Shown here: positions 53,246-63,302 of the stretch, one piece after another
Layout of the letters: each line of letters opens with the position of its first letter
How positions within the stretch are numbered: position 1 is the first letter of the stretch
Source: Planctomycetota bacterium
GTDB lineage: Bacteria > Planctomycetota > JAJSAM01 > JAJVHW01
DNA length: 64,000 bases
Direction of reading: 5' to 3'
Assembly: GCA_965248445.1 (NCBI GenBank)
Contig: CBDFJG010000004.1
Location: 544,001-608,000 of the forward strand
Program-made: the position numbers and the translations under genes
Notes under the pieces: generated by a model
Told to the model about the DNA's origin: nothing
The model's database searches: none
What the model saw: only the letters and a program-made list of their open reading frames with translations

Positions 53246-53286
53246 GCCGTTGAATGGCGCCGTTGAATGGAGGGGCCGTTGAATGG
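53246..53286. repeat. Triple 12-bp direct repeat in the divergent spt/SDR promoter region
   Basis: GCCGTTGAATGG at 53246, 53259 and 53275. Confidence 0.85.
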
Positions 53287-53370
53287 ACCGCCCGGCGACC
53301 GATCGAGGTGTTCGCCCGGTCGGGCGCAGGATGGACCAGAGATGGTCGCGAGGGGGCCGGAGGTCGCTGC

Positions 53371-54345
53371 ATGCGCGTGTTCGTGACGGGAGCGACCGGA
53401 TTCGTCGGTCGGCACGCTGCCATGGCCCTCGCCGCCGGGGGGCACGAACTGGTGTGCCTTGCGCGCTCCCGGGAACGCGCGCGGCATCTGGAAGAAGCGG
53501 GGCACGAGATCGTGGAGGGCCATCTCCTCGACGATGCGGCGTTGTCGCGCGGCGCCGCGGGAGCCGACGCCGTCGTTCACGTTGCCGGACTGATCGCCGC
53601 CCGTTCCGGCACGGAGATGCGCCGCGTGAACGTCGAGGGAACCGCGCGCCTCGCGCGCGCCTGCCACGACTCTCCTCCACGGCGCTTCGTGCTCGTGTCG
53701 TCCCTGGCTGCCGGGGGGCCGTCGCTGCCCGGGGCGCCGGTGAGCGAGAACCGGCCCGCCGCGCCGGTCAGCGTGTACGGCCTCTCGAAGCTCGGCGGAG
53801 AGCGGGCGGCGCGGCGGGGACTTCCGAGCGAGACCGAACTCACGATCGTGCGGCCGCCGGCGGTCTACGGCCCCTACGACCGGGGATTGCTCGACCTGTT
53901 CACCGCCGCCGCGCGTGGCATCCGCCTGTCGCTCGGCGGCGGAGATGTCTCGATCGTGCACGGCGCGGACCTGGCGCAGGGGATCCGGGCGGCGCTCGAG
54001 TCGTCGGCGGCCGCCGGGCGCACCTACTACGTCGCGAACGACGAGTCGCATTCGATGGACGATCTGCTGGCTCGGATCTCCCGAGCGCTCGGTGTACCCG
54101 CACGCGTCGTGCGATTGCCGCGTTGCCTGCTGCGCCTCGCAGGAGTGCTGGCGGAGGAGGTCGCGCGGCTGCGCGGAGAGACGCCGCCGTTCTCGCGAGA
54201 CAAGGTGCGCGAGTTCCTTGCGCCCGGCTGGGTGTGCGACTCGTCCCGCGCGGCGCAAGACCTGGGATGGCGCGCCACACACGCCCTCGACGAGGGCCTC
54301 GCGGAAACTGCCGCGTGGTATCGCGAGCAGAGTTGGATCCGCTGA
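53371..54345 (+). CDS. Extended SDR / NAD-dependent epimerase-dehydratase (candidate ceramide reductase)
   Basis: TGATGFVG, HVAG, VSSLAA, YGLSK, RPPAVYGP. Confidence 0.85.
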   Translation: MRVFVTGATGFVGRHAAMALAAGGHELVCLARSRERARHLEEAGHEIVEGHLLDDAALSRGAAGADAVVHVAGLIAARSGTEMRRVNVEGTARLARACHDSPPRRFVLVSSLAAGGPSLPGAPVSENRPAAPVSVYGLSKLGGERAARRGLPSETELTIVRPPAVYGPYDRGLLDLFTAAARGIRLSLGGGDVSIVHGADLAQGIRAALESSAAAGRTYYVANDESHSMDDLLARISRALGVPARVVRLPRCLLRLAGVLAEEVARLRGETPPFSRDKVREFLAPGWVCDSSRAAQDLGWRATHALDEGLAETAAWYREQSWIR

Positions 54346-54388
54346 TCCCGCGGAGGGCGTCCCGCCCGTTCTCGCGTATCCTCCTGGG

Positions 54389-55597
54389 ATGAGGCTCCGC
54401 GCCGCCGCCGCCTTGCTCGTGCTCCTCGCCGCGCCGACGGTCGCTCAGGACCCGGAGCGCCAGCGGATCGAGATCGCGGAGCCGTCGAAGTCCTGGGCCG
54501 AGTGGTCGCGTGCGTTCGCGGCGAACTTGATCGCTTCCGGCCGGCTCCTCGAAGCCGCGGAAGAGATGTTCGCGACGGCGCTGTACGACGCGAACGAGGT
54601 CGGCAGCCTCCTCGACGCCGCCGTGTTCATCGTCGACGAGGGCGCGAAGATGCCCCGCGGCATCGGTCGCGGCACACCGTACGGGCTCTTCGCCGCGCAC
54701 TGTCTCGTGCTGGCCGAGTCGCGGGGGGCGGGCGAGGACTGGTGGGTGGTGGTGCGCGGGGTTCCTCCGGCGCATCTGCCGGGAGACCCGCGACTGCACT
54801 ACGTGCATGGGCGACTCGCCTGGGCCGTCTCCGATTACACGCAGGCCCATCGCCACTTCAAACTCGCGTTCGAGGGCGGGTTCGAGCGCGAGAAGTCACT
54901 CGCGTGGTACTTCCGCGGCGCTGTGAACGCAGCGCCGACGATGTTCGAAGAAGGCCGGCTGGACGCCGGGATCAGCGCGCTGGAGAAGGTCCTGGAACTC
55001 GCGCCGAACCATGAGAACGCGATGGGGGCGGGGGTGAGCCTCGCGGACGGCTACCGCCGTCGCAAGGACATGGTGAGTGCGGAGAGGGTGTTGCAGGGTC
55101 TGAGGGCGAAGTACCCCACCGCCGGTGAACCGCTCTTCACCTTCGGCCTCCTGCTGCACAACCAGGGCCAGCTGGAGCGGGCTGCCGACGTGTTCCAGCA
55201 GTGCGTGGACTGCCTGGCTCGGGCGGGCCAGCCGTATCACCCGGCGCTGCTCGAGCGCGTCGAGGTTCTTCAGAAGCTCGGGCGGCTCGACGAGGCGGAG
55301 GTGGGGGCCCTGCGCTACCTGGACATGCGCAAGGACGACGCGGAAGGCACGTACCGCCTCTCGCGCATTCGGCGCGATCAGGATGACCTGGACGCTGCGG
55401 TGCTCCTCGCGCGCCGCGCGCTGCGCTACCAGCCGGACGACCTGCGGTTCGTTCGCAACCTGATGAACATCCTGCATCGGCGGCTCGAGCCCGACGAGGA
55501 GGCCGAGCGCCGGGAGATCGCGGCGCTGTACGAGGAGCGCCTCGCACCCCTGAAACCGGACTCTCCGCCGGACGACGACGGCCGCGAAGAGCAGTAG
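54389..55597 (+). CDS. Exported TPR-repeat protein
   Basis: Signal peptide MRLRAAAALLVLLAAPTVA; TPR-like helices (LEKVLELAP, GLLLHNQGQLERA). Confidence 0.75.
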   Translation: MRLRAAAALLVLLAAPTVAQDPERQRIEIAEPSKSWAEWSRAFAANLIASGRLLEAAEEMFATALYDANEVGSLLDAAVFIVDEGAKMPRGIGRGTPYGLFAAHCLVLAESRGAGEDWWVVVRGVPPAHLPGDPRLHYVHGRLAWAVSDYTQAHRHFKLAFEGGFEREKSLAWYFRGAVNAAPTMFEEGRLDAGISALEKVLELAPNHENAMGAGVSLADGYRRRKDMVSAERVLQGLRAKYPTAGEPLFTFGLLLHNQGQLERAADVFQQCVDCLARAGQPYHPALLERVEVLQKLGRLDEAEVGALRYLDMRKDDAEGTYRLSRIRRDQDDLDAAVLLARRALRYQPDDLRFVRNLMNILHRRLEPDEEAERREIAALYEERLAPLKPDSPPDDDGREEQ

Positions 55598-55737
55598 ACG
55601 GCGGTCGAGCCTGGACAGGCTCGATGCTGCGGCGGCGCCGTGCGGTCTCCCCGCCGCTGGGCACAGTGGGTCAGCGGGCCCCCCTCAAGTCTCCACCCAC
55701 GGTGTTCCGATGCCGCGGAGGAGGAGACCAACCAGCC

Positions 55738-56430
55738 ATGCCCAAGCCTCGTCGTCGTCAAGTCATCGTGGACGCCCCGATGCAGTTCGGAATCGGACTG
55801 CATCTCGTGGGGTGGCTCTACCTCTACGTCGTCACGTTTGCGATCCTCTGCAACGGACCGGCGATGCTGGATCTGATCAACGCCGATGCGGGCTCCCCGG
55901 AGTACGCCCAGGCCGTCCTGCGGATCCGCTCGTTCGGCGGGTTCGTGATCGTGCCCCTGGTGCTCACGTTCGTCGCGATGGCGGCGCACGGCGTGTACCT
56001 GACGCACCGGGTCGCCGGCCCTGTCTTCCGCCTGAAGATGTCATGCGCCGAGGTTCTGCGCGGACACATCCCCGAGACCGTGCGTCTTCGCGACAAGGAC
56101 TACCTGAAGGACCTTGCGCACTCGATGGAGCAGGCCTTCACGACGATCCGCGCAGACAACGACCACACCCGTGATCTGGTCGCCCAGGCCAAGTCCGAGG
56201 CGCGTCAGATCTCCGACGCGATCCGCTCGGGTGTGGACGGGCACGTCGGAGTGGTCGTCGATCGCCTGCTCGACGTCTGCCGGTCGCTCGAGGCCCACAT
56301 GGACGACGGGGTCGAAGATCCCGCGTTCCCGACGGCCGACGAGATCGCCGACGGCGGCAGCGAAGAAGCGCCCGCCGAGGGCGTCGCAAGCGACGAGGCG
56401 GTCGAAGAGGACGCTCCGGCCTCGCTCTGA
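55738..56430 (+). CDS. Two-TM protein with a HAMP-like domain
   Basis: RRRQVIVD..Q, two TM helices, THRVAGPVFRL...RLRDKD.L; acidic tail. Confidence 0.75.
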   Translation: MPKPRRRQVIVDAPMQFGIGLHLVGWLYLYVVTFAILCNGPAMLDLINADAGSPEYAQAVLRIRSFGGFVIVPLVLTFVAMAAHGVYLTHRVAGPVFRLKMSCAEVLRGHIPETVRLRDKDYLKDLAHSMEQAFTTIRADNDHTRDLVAQAKSEARQISDAIRSGVDGHVGVVVDRLLDVCRSLEAHMDDGVEDPAFPTADEIADGGSEEAPAEGVASDEAVEEDAPASL

Positions 56431-56589
56431 GCCTCGAGACTCCCGCACGGCGCCTTTCCACCGAGCGCGCCGGAGCCCCCGCGGTCTCCAGCGCGCTCGC
56501 TCTGCTTCACGGCTGCTGCCCAGGCCGCGCTCCGGAGCCTGGCGGCGGGGAGCCCTCTCTCGCATGAGGATCTGCGCTATCCTCGTTGG

Positions 56590-58113
56590 ATGCGGATCGC
56601 ATGGCTGGGCGCACTGACGCTCGGCGTGGCTTGTCTGGGCTGCGCTGCAGCGACCCTGATCCCGGCCACTGCGACCGTGGCGGCGCCCTCCAAGAAGAAG
56701 AAGAAGAAGAAGCGCTTCGTCCGGGTGAAGAAGATCCGCCCGCGCACCGGGCGCACGTTCGTGAAGCTCGACGTGGCGATCTCCGTGCGATTCTCGCGCC
56801 CCGTGGACCCTGCTTCGGTCTCACCGTCAACGGTCACCGTCAAGCGGCTGCTCGGCGATCCCGTCCTGTACACCGCGGAGTACACGAAGCGCGGACGCCG
56901 GCTCGAGATCACACCGGTCGGGGCCCTCGATCCGGGGACCGATTACGAGATCATCGTCCGCGACGGGATTCGCTCGACGGATGGCCGCGAACTGAAGAAC
57001 GAGAAGCGAGCGGTCTTCTTCACCGACCCCACGGTCGAGCCGTTCCGGCATCTGCACCCGGAGCAGTTCGAGCAGCTCGACTCACGGATGTTCGAAGGGC
57101 GGGCCGCGCACACCGAGACGCTCCTGAGTGACGGACGCGTGCTGCTCGCCGGCGGCAACCGCGATTTCGCGAACGTGACGGGGTCTGCCGACGCGTTCCA
57201 TACGGGGACGCTGGAGTTCTCCCCCGTCCTCTCGACGTTGGCCGTACCGCGCGCCTACCACGTCGCCGCTCCTCTGGCCGGCGGCGCGATGATCATCGGT
57301 GGCTGGAGCGGGACCGACGCGATCGCGAAGTCCGAGCTGTTCGACATCACCCGCGACGTGTTCCTCGATGCGGGGGATATGGACGAGAAGCGGGACTTCT
57401 TGGCGGCTGTCGCGCTCGACGACGGCACGATCCTCGTGGTGGGGGGCATCAGCTACTCGCCGAACGGAGCCGCGTACAGCAAGACCGCGGAGGTCTTCGC
57501 CGCCGCGGGCGGCTGGCGGTTCGCCAGGGGGCAGATGACACGGCGCAGAGCCGGACACACGCTCACGCTGCTTCCTGACGGCCGCGTCCTGGTCACCGGC
57601 GGGTTGTCCCCCGGCGACACCTTGGGTGCCTCCGCCGAGATCTACGACCCACGCACGGAGACCTTCACGGCAACCGCCTCCCCGCCTCTGGTCCGGCGTC
57701 AGCTTCACTCGGCGACACTGCTTCCGAACAGCGGCTGGGTGCTGATCGCGGACGGAGGCGTCGGCCAGGTCGAGCTCTTCGACCCCTTGAACGAGCGCTT
57801 CTTCGACGCGGGGGGGGCGAGCTTCGCGCGGCGCACCCGCGCGACGGCGTCTCTGCTCGACGGAGACAAGGTGCTCTTCGCCGGAGGGTTCGACTCGCAG
57901 GGGGACAAGCAGCTGATCCTGTCCGGGATGGACCTGTTCCTGCCCAACTCCAACGGTGTGGGCCGCGTGGTCCGCGCCTCCGTCGTGTTCCCCGAGCCGC
58001 GTGCCGGTCACACGTCGACGAAGCTCACGGGCGGACGCGTCCTGTTCGCCGGCGGGTTCGGGCAGGTGAACGACAGCCTGGACTCAGGGATCCTCTACAG
58101 TCCTGCCAACTAG
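56590..58113 (+). CDS. Exported Ig-like (Big_5) plus Kelch-repeat protein
   Basis: Signal peptide, poly-Lys, ISVRFSRPVDP, repeated R..HT.TLL.DGRVL..GG. Confidence 0.85.
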   Translation: MRIAWLGALTLGVACLGCAAATLIPATATVAAPSKKKKKKKRFVRVKKIRPRTGRTFVKLDVAISVRFSRPVDPASVSPSTVTVKRLLGDPVLYTAEYTKRGRRLEITPVGALDPGTDYEIIVRDGIRSTDGRELKNEKRAVFFTDPTVEPFRHLHPEQFEQLDSRMFEGRAAHTETLLSDGRVLLAGGNRDFANVTGSADAFHTGTLEFSPVLSTLAVPRAYHVAAPLAGGAMIIGGWSGTDAIAKSELFDITRDVFLDAGDMDEKRDFLAAVALDDGTILVVGGISYSPNGAAYSKTAEVFAAAGGWRFARGQMTRRRAGHTLTLLPDGRVLVTGGLSPGDTLGASAEIYDPRTETFTATASPPLVRRQLHSATLLPNSGWVLIADGGVGQVELFDPLNERFFDAGGASFARRTRATASLLDGDKVLFAGGFDSQGDKQLILSGMDLFLPNSNGVGRVVRASVVFPEPRAGHTSTKLTGGRVLFAGGFGQVNDSLDSGILYSPAN

Positions 58114-58152
58114 AAGCGCACGGGCCTGCCAACTAGAACCCAGGTGCCAACT
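58102..58152. repeat. Short direct repeats duplicating the Kelch-gene stop
   Basis: cctgccaactagaa at 58102 and 58125; partial tgccaact at 58145. Confidence 0.75.
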
Positions 58153-58169
58153 CGCGCTGCCAGGGTCCG

Positions 58170-59336
58170 CTACCGCACGGCGCCGGCCAGGATCGCGCGG
58201 ATCTCGCGTGCCGTGCGTTCCCAGGTGAAGTCCGCGGCGTGCGCCCGCCCTCGCGCGATGCGTCCAGCGCGTCCCGGCGTGTCGGTCACGACCCGCTCGA
58301 TCGCCGCGCACATCGCCGTCTCATCCAGCGGATCGAACATCTCCGCCGCGTCGCCGGCAACCTCCGGGAGGCTGCCCGCCCGGGCGCACGCGACGGGCGC
58401 TCCAGCGACGTATGCTTCGAGCACCGGGAAACCGAAGCCCTCGTAGAGACTCGGCACGACGACGGCGTCCGCAGTAGCATACAGCGCAGCGAGTTGTTCA
58501 TCGGTGACGTAACCCGGAGTCAGCAGCGGCTCGTCCGGCGCTGCTCTCAGCCGCGCCCGTAGCGCGGCCGCCCGCTCCGGGTGGCCGGCCAGGACCAGCG
58601 CGTGCGACACGCGTCCGTCCGCGCGCAGCCGCCGCCACGCCGCGACCAGGCGATCGAGGTTCTTGCGCGGATCGAAGTTCGAGACCGACAGCAGGAACGG
58701 ACGCGGCACGCGGAGCGCGGCCAGATGAGCCGCGGGATCGTCGGGCGGGATCCGGGCGTCCACGCCGAGCGGCACGACGTGCAGCCGGTCGGCGGGCAGA
58801 GCCGGCTCCAGTTCGCTGCACTCTCCGGCAGTGAACGACGAGCAGGTGACCACGGCGGCTGCGCGCCGCATGGAGGCGGGTACGACGCGGTCCATGTACG
58901 TTCGGAACCGGATCGACTTCGACTCCGGATAGCGACGCCAGCTGGCGTCGTACACGATCACGACCTCGGGCACGTTCGGATTGCTGAACGGGAGCACGAA
59001 CGACGTCCCGAGGTGCACGTCGACCTTCGCGCGGCGCAACGCGCGTGTCATCTCGACGTGCTGGAAGAAGAGTGCTCGCGGCGTGTCCGGACCGTCCACC
59101 GGCGCTTCGATCACCCGGACGTCGCCCGCGCCCTCCGGGATCGGGAGCGCAGCGGAGTTCTGCGGCAGGACGGCGACGACGCGGTCGGCGTGCTCCGATC
59201 GCGCGAGGCCGTGCAGGATCGCGCGGGATGCGACGCCCACACCCGACGGCGTCGACGTGATCGAGAGCCCGTCGAAGCCGATCGTGAGCGGGCGATTTGG
59301 AAGTGGAGAAGACGAGGCGGTCACCGGCTGCATCAT
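58170..59336 (-). CDS. GT4 glycosyltransferase (MtfB-like)
   Basis: DPRKNL, PSLYEGFGFPVLEA, GSLPEVAGDAA, FTWERTA. Confidence 0.9.
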   Translation of the reverse strand: MMQPVTASSSPLPNRPLTIGFDGLSITSTPSGVGVASRAILHGLARSEHADRVVAVLPQNSAALPIPEGAGDVRVIEAPVDGPDTPRALFFQHVEMTRALRRAKVDVHLGTSFVLPFSNPNVPEVVIVYDASWRRYPESKSIRFRTYMDRVVPASMRRAAAVVTCSSFTAGECSELEPALPADRLHVVPLGVDARIPPDDPAAHLAALRVPRPFLLSVSNFDPRKNLDRLVAAWRRLRADGRVSHALVLAGHPERAAALRARLRAAPDEPLLTPGYVTDEQLAALYATADAVVVPSLYEGFGFPVLEAYVAGAPVACARAGSLPEVAGDAAEMFDPLDETAMCAAIERVVTDTPGRAGRIARGRAHAADFTWERTAREIRAILAGAVR

Positions 59337-59350
59337 CGGTCGCGCACCGG

Positions 59351-59977
59351 TCAGTTCAAACGGGGATCTCCGCGATCGATCCTCAGATGGTGCCGGCCCT
59401 CACGGGCATCGACCGCGCGTTCGATGGCGGCGAGGCGTTCGGCGATGTCCGGCAAGGCGTGCAAGCGGTGCACGTCACGTGGCGCCAGTTCCAGCGCGAG
59501 GAGGACGATGTCGAGCGCCGCCCCCTGCGCGGTGAGCGCCAGCGCGGCGATTTGTGCCTGGTCGACTCCGGCCGCGCGGGTTGCAAGCGCCACGACGCGC
59601 GGCACCAGGCCGTCGCCGCCGCCGTGGTCGGGCAATTCCGTCGCGCGGACGATGCGGTACGGCAGATCCGCCGTCAGCTCTTCCTCGACCCGCATTCGTG
59701 CCACCCCGCGCAGCACGATGTTGCACCGGCCTTCTGCGAGGGGCACGTGCTGCACGATGTCACCCAGGCCGATCACCGGATGCACCGGGGGATTCGGCTG
59801 ATCGCCCGCCGAGTGGCCCGGCAGTGGCATCGCCATCGCCATCGCGCGGTCACCCTGCATGGCGTCCGCGACCATCCGCCGGTAGCGCGGCTCGAAGATG
59901 TGGAGGGGGAGCAGGACGCCCGGGAGCAGCGTGACTGCCTCGAGCGGGAAGATCGGGAGGGGGTCGGGATGCGGCAC
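59351..59977 (-). CDS. LON peptidase substrate-binding-domain protein
   Basis: LPIFPL...LLPG.LLPLHIFEPRYRRMV, GRCNIVLRG, LPYR. Confidence 0.85.
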   Translation of the reverse strand: MPHPDPLPIFPLEAVTLLPGVLLPLHIFEPRYRRMVADAMQGDRAMAMAMPLPGHSAGDQPNPPVHPVIGLGDIVQHVPLAEGRCNIVLRGVARMRVEEELTADLPYRIVRATELPDHGGGDGLVPRVVALATRAAGVDQAQIAALALTAQGAALDIVLLALELAPRDVHRLHALPDIAERLAAIERAVDAREGRHHLRIDRGDPRLN

Positions 59978-60100
59978 AGGTGAATTGAAGCCGGAGATGC
60001 CCTCTGGCTCAACCGTCGAGACCGTGGGCTCAACAGAACCCTCCAGGCATACCGATGAACGATCCGGGGCCGGTCTCTGCCCGGCGCCCGCCTGACCTCC

Positions 60101-61150
60101 ATGCGCACACCACTCCTCAGCCTCGCCCTGTCTCTCACTCTCGCGGTCAGCCCAGCCGCGTCGGAGAACCCGGTCATCCCCGATTCCGCCGTCGAGGCGT
60201 TCGCTGCGTTCCGCGGAGTGGATCACGCAGCGGCCGCCCAGCACACGCGGGGCAGCGAGCCGGTGGACGGATGGCAGGAGCGCCTGCGCGCCGAGTGGGA
60301 ACTCGGGGCGCTCGACGGGACCGCCATCCCCGTTCTGGAGAACCTGCTCGCCGACGAGGACCCGTACGTCCGTGCCCTCGGTGCGCGCGCGATCGGACTC
60401 GCGGGCGGCGAGGACGCGACGGAGACGCTGATCAAGTCGCTTGCCGTCGAGAAGCACGCGGTCGCCGCGATCGCGACGATCGAGGCACTCGCCCGCATCG
60501 GCGGAGAGGGCGCGCTCGCAGCGGTCGAGGCAAAACAGAAGCCCGGTGCCGACAAGAACGTGTCGAATGCCGTCGCACTGGCGCGCCGCCAGTTGAAGGG
60601 CGGCCGCTGGGACGTCGAGTCCATTCGCGAGGAACACCGCGAGGCGCGGCGCATCGAGAAAATGGGCGTACTCACGCGCGAGGACGAAGTGCCCGAGATC
60701 GCGCTTTCGTCCATGAACGGTCCTGTCAACCTCAGTACCCACGAGGGCGAGATCGTCGTCCTCGTGTTCAGCCACGGCGATAAGAGCGTCAAGGGACACA
60801 AGGTGCTGAACCGCCTGTCCGGCCAGATCCAGAACCTCACGGACTGGGGCGTCCGCGTCGTCGTCGTGACGCCCCACGAGAAGGAGCGCGCGAAGGCCTG
60901 GGAAGACCGCATGCGCCTGCCGTTCACGGTGTGCGCAGATCCGGCCGGCCGTGCGCAAGCGCTCTACGGAGTCGGCCGTCAACTCCTCGTCGGTGCCGAG
61001 TGGATGCCGAGCCCCGCATGGTTCGTGATCGACAAGCGCGGCCGTCTTGCGTGGGAGTACATCGGCAAGCACGACGCCGGCCAGGCAAACCTCGGCAAGC
61101 TGATGCCGCGGCTCGAGCGCCTGAAGAACGGCGAGATCGTCCGCGACTAA
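60101..61150 (+). CDS. Exported HEAT-repeat plus AhpC/TSA-like redoxin-fold protein
   Basis: Signal peptide; LADEDPYVRALGARAIG; PEIAL...IVVLVF...LPFTVCADP...PAWFVIDKRG. Confidence 0.7.
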   Translation: MRTPLLSLALSLTLAVSPAASENPVIPDSAVEAFAAFRGVDHAAAAQHTRGSEPVDGWQERLRAEWELGALDGTAIPVLENLLADEDPYVRALGARAIGLAGGEDATETLIKSLAVEKHAVAAIATIEALARIGGEGALAAVEAKQKPGADKNVSNAVALARRQLKGGRWDVESIREEHREARRIEKMGVLTREDEVPEIALSSMNGPVNLSTHEGEIVVLVFSHGDKSVKGHKVLNRLSGQIQNLTDWGVRVVVVTPHEKERAKAWEDRMRLPFTVCADPAGRAQALYGVGRQLLVGAEWMPSPAWFVIDKRGRLAWEYIGKHDAGQANLGKLMPRLERLKNGEIVRD

Positions 61151-61303
61151 CGGCCGGCTGCTCGCGCTCGTCCCATCGCACTCGGGATGACGCGCTTGAC
61201 TCGCCACCGTCGGACCCGTTTCAATCCGATCGAGCCCAGCCTCCGGCAACCGGAGGTCGCGGACGGAAGTCCGACGCGAAGCCCTGGGCGCGGGGAGAGT
61301 TCG

Positions 61304-63289
61304 ATGCGGAACGTGTCTCGCGATAGCGGTGTGTCCGTTCGTCAACTCGTGTTCGCGGTCTCGCTGGCTGCGTTGTTCGCCGCGACGTCGTCGGCTGCAC
61401 GCTTCGGTCCGCGGCTCGACGCGTTCGAGGCAGAGATGCAGTCGCGCACCGACGCGCTCGTCGGTGACCTGACGAAGCCGGAGAAGAAGGACAAGAAGCT
61501 GTACGACGGCGCGCTCAAGAAGCTGGCGAAGGACTCGGACTCGCTGAAGGGCGACATCAAGCTCGCCAAGAAGTCGATCGTCAAGGTCGAGAAGAAGAAG
61601 CCCGGCGACGCCACGATCGACGCGCTCAAGGAAGACGCCGTGATGGGGCTCGCGGGCGACGTCTCGGATCACCTTGACGCAGTGCAAGCGGATCTCGACG
61701 GATTCACGAGCAAGGTCAAGGCGGCGTCGGTTCAGAAGGCGATCGACAAGGGGCGCGCCAAGCTGACCGATGCGGCGGGCCAGACCAAGACGGCGAAGCG
61801 GCTCGCGAAGCTGATCCAGGCGGAGGCACAAGCTGCCAAGGCGGACAGGCTCTTCGCCAAGCTCTCGGACGGCGGCGGCGGCGGCGGCGGTGGCGGCGGG
61901 GGCGCGTTCCAGGCCTACCTCAAGGCGTCGAACTCCGAGGCCGACGACGACTTCGGTTTCGTCGCGATCGACGGCGACACGCTCGTCGTGACGGCGCGAG
62001 CCGAGGACAGCAGTGCGAGCGGAGTGAACGGCAATCAGAACGACAACGCAGCCGTGGATTCCGGCGCCGCCTACGTCTTCGTGCGCAGCGGGACGACTTG
62101 GACGCAGCAGGCGTATCTGAAGACGTCGAACCCGGACTCTGTTGACTTCCTCGGGGCGGTCGCTATCTCGGGAAACACAATTGTCGTCGGCTGCGCGGGT
62201 GAGGACAGCAACGCGCAGGGCGTCGACGGCGACCAGAGCAACGACAGCGAGCTGGGCTCAGGCGCGGCGTATGTGTTCGTGCGCAACGGGACGACCTGGA
62301 CGCAGCAGGCGTATCTCAAGGCATCCAACACGGATCCGTCCGACTTCTTCGGCTCCTCGGTCTCGATCTCCGGAGACACCATCGTTGTGGGCTCCTCGAG
62401 CGAGGACGGCAGCGCCTCCGGCGTCAACCAGAGTGAGGGGAACGGCGGCGACAATCGTGGCGCGGCCTACGTCTTCGTGCGGAACGGAACGACGTGGACG
62501 CAGCAGGCGTACCTCAAGGCATCCAACTCCGGCGACCTTGACAACTTCGGCGCCAGAGGCGCGGTCGCGGTCTCGGGCGACACCATTGCGGTGGGTGCCT
62601 TCCAGGAGAACAGTGACGCAAACGGCGTGAACGGCGACCAGAACAACGAAGGCGCGACGAACTCGGGTGCGGTCTACGTATTCTCCCGGAGCGGAGTGAC
62701 GTGGACGCAGCAAGCGTACTTGAAGGCCTCCAACGACACGTTCCAGTTCGGCCTGCGGGTAGCGCTGTCCGGGGACACGCTGGTCGTCGGCACGCCGCAG
62801 GAACAGAGCAACGCCACGGGAGTGAATGGGAACGAGAACAACACGGGCAAGAACCAGGCCGGCGCCGCGTACGTGTTCCACCGTGTGGGCACGACATGGT
62901 CGCAGCAGGCGTATCTGAAGGCCTCGAACACCGACGATTTCGACCGCTTCGGTTCAGCCGTCGGGATCTCTGGAGATCTCATCGCGATCGGTGCGCCGAG
63001 CGAACGCAGCGGCGCCACAGGGCTGAACGGAAACGAATCGGACGACAGCGTCGGGAACGCCGGGGCGGTGTACCTGTTCACACGCACTGGCACGACATGG
63101 GGTCCGGGAGACTACGTGAAGGCGTCGAACACCGATGCGGAGGACAGATTCGGCGACAACTTGGCGGTCTCCGGCACCACCATCTTGATCGCTGCGCGGG
63201 GGGACGACAGTTCCGCCACGGGCGTCGACGGTGACGACGGCGACAACAGTCTCGAAGACTCGGGTGCTGCCTACGTGCTCGTGAAGTAG
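61304..63289 (+). CDS. Exported FG-GAP/integrin-like beta-propeller protein with a Lys-rich helical N-domain
   Basis: About 7 repeats of YLKASN..D.FG..VA.SGDT.VVG...GAAYVF.R.GTTWTQQ; poly-Gly linker. Confidence 0.88.
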   Translation: MRNVSRDSGVSVRQLVFAVSLAALFAATSSAARFGPRLDAFEAEMQSRTDALVGDLTKPEKKDKKLYDGALKKLAKDSDSLKGDIKLAKKSIVKVEKKKPGDATIDALKEDAVMGLAGDVSDHLDAVQADLDGFTSKVKAASVQKAIDKGRAKLTDAAGQTKTAKRLAKLIQAEAQAAKADRLFAKLSDGGGGGGGGGGGAFQAYLKASNSEADDDFGFVAIDGDTLVVTARAEDSSASGVNGNQNDNAAVDSGAAYVFVRSGTTWTQQAYLKTSNPDSVDFLGAVAISGNTIVVGCAGEDSNAQGVDGDQSNDSELGSGAAYVFVRNGTTWTQQAYLKASNTDPSDFFGSSVSISGDTIVVGSSSEDGSASGVNQSEGNGGDNRGAAYVFVRNGTTWTQQAYLKASNSGDLDNFGARGAVAVSGDTIAVGAFQENSDANGVNGDQNNEGATNSGAVYVFSRSGVTWTQQAYLKASNDTFQFGLRVALSGDTLVVGTPQEQSNATGVNGNENNTGKNQAGAAYVFHRVGTTWSQQAYLKASNTDDFDRFGSAVGISGDLIAIGAPSERSGATGLNGNESDDSVGNAGAVYLFTRTGTTWGPGDYVKASNTDAEDRFGDNLAVSGTTILIAARGDDSSATGVDGDDGDNSLEDSGAAYVLVK

Positions 63290-63302
63290 CTCGCAAGGAG
63301 GG

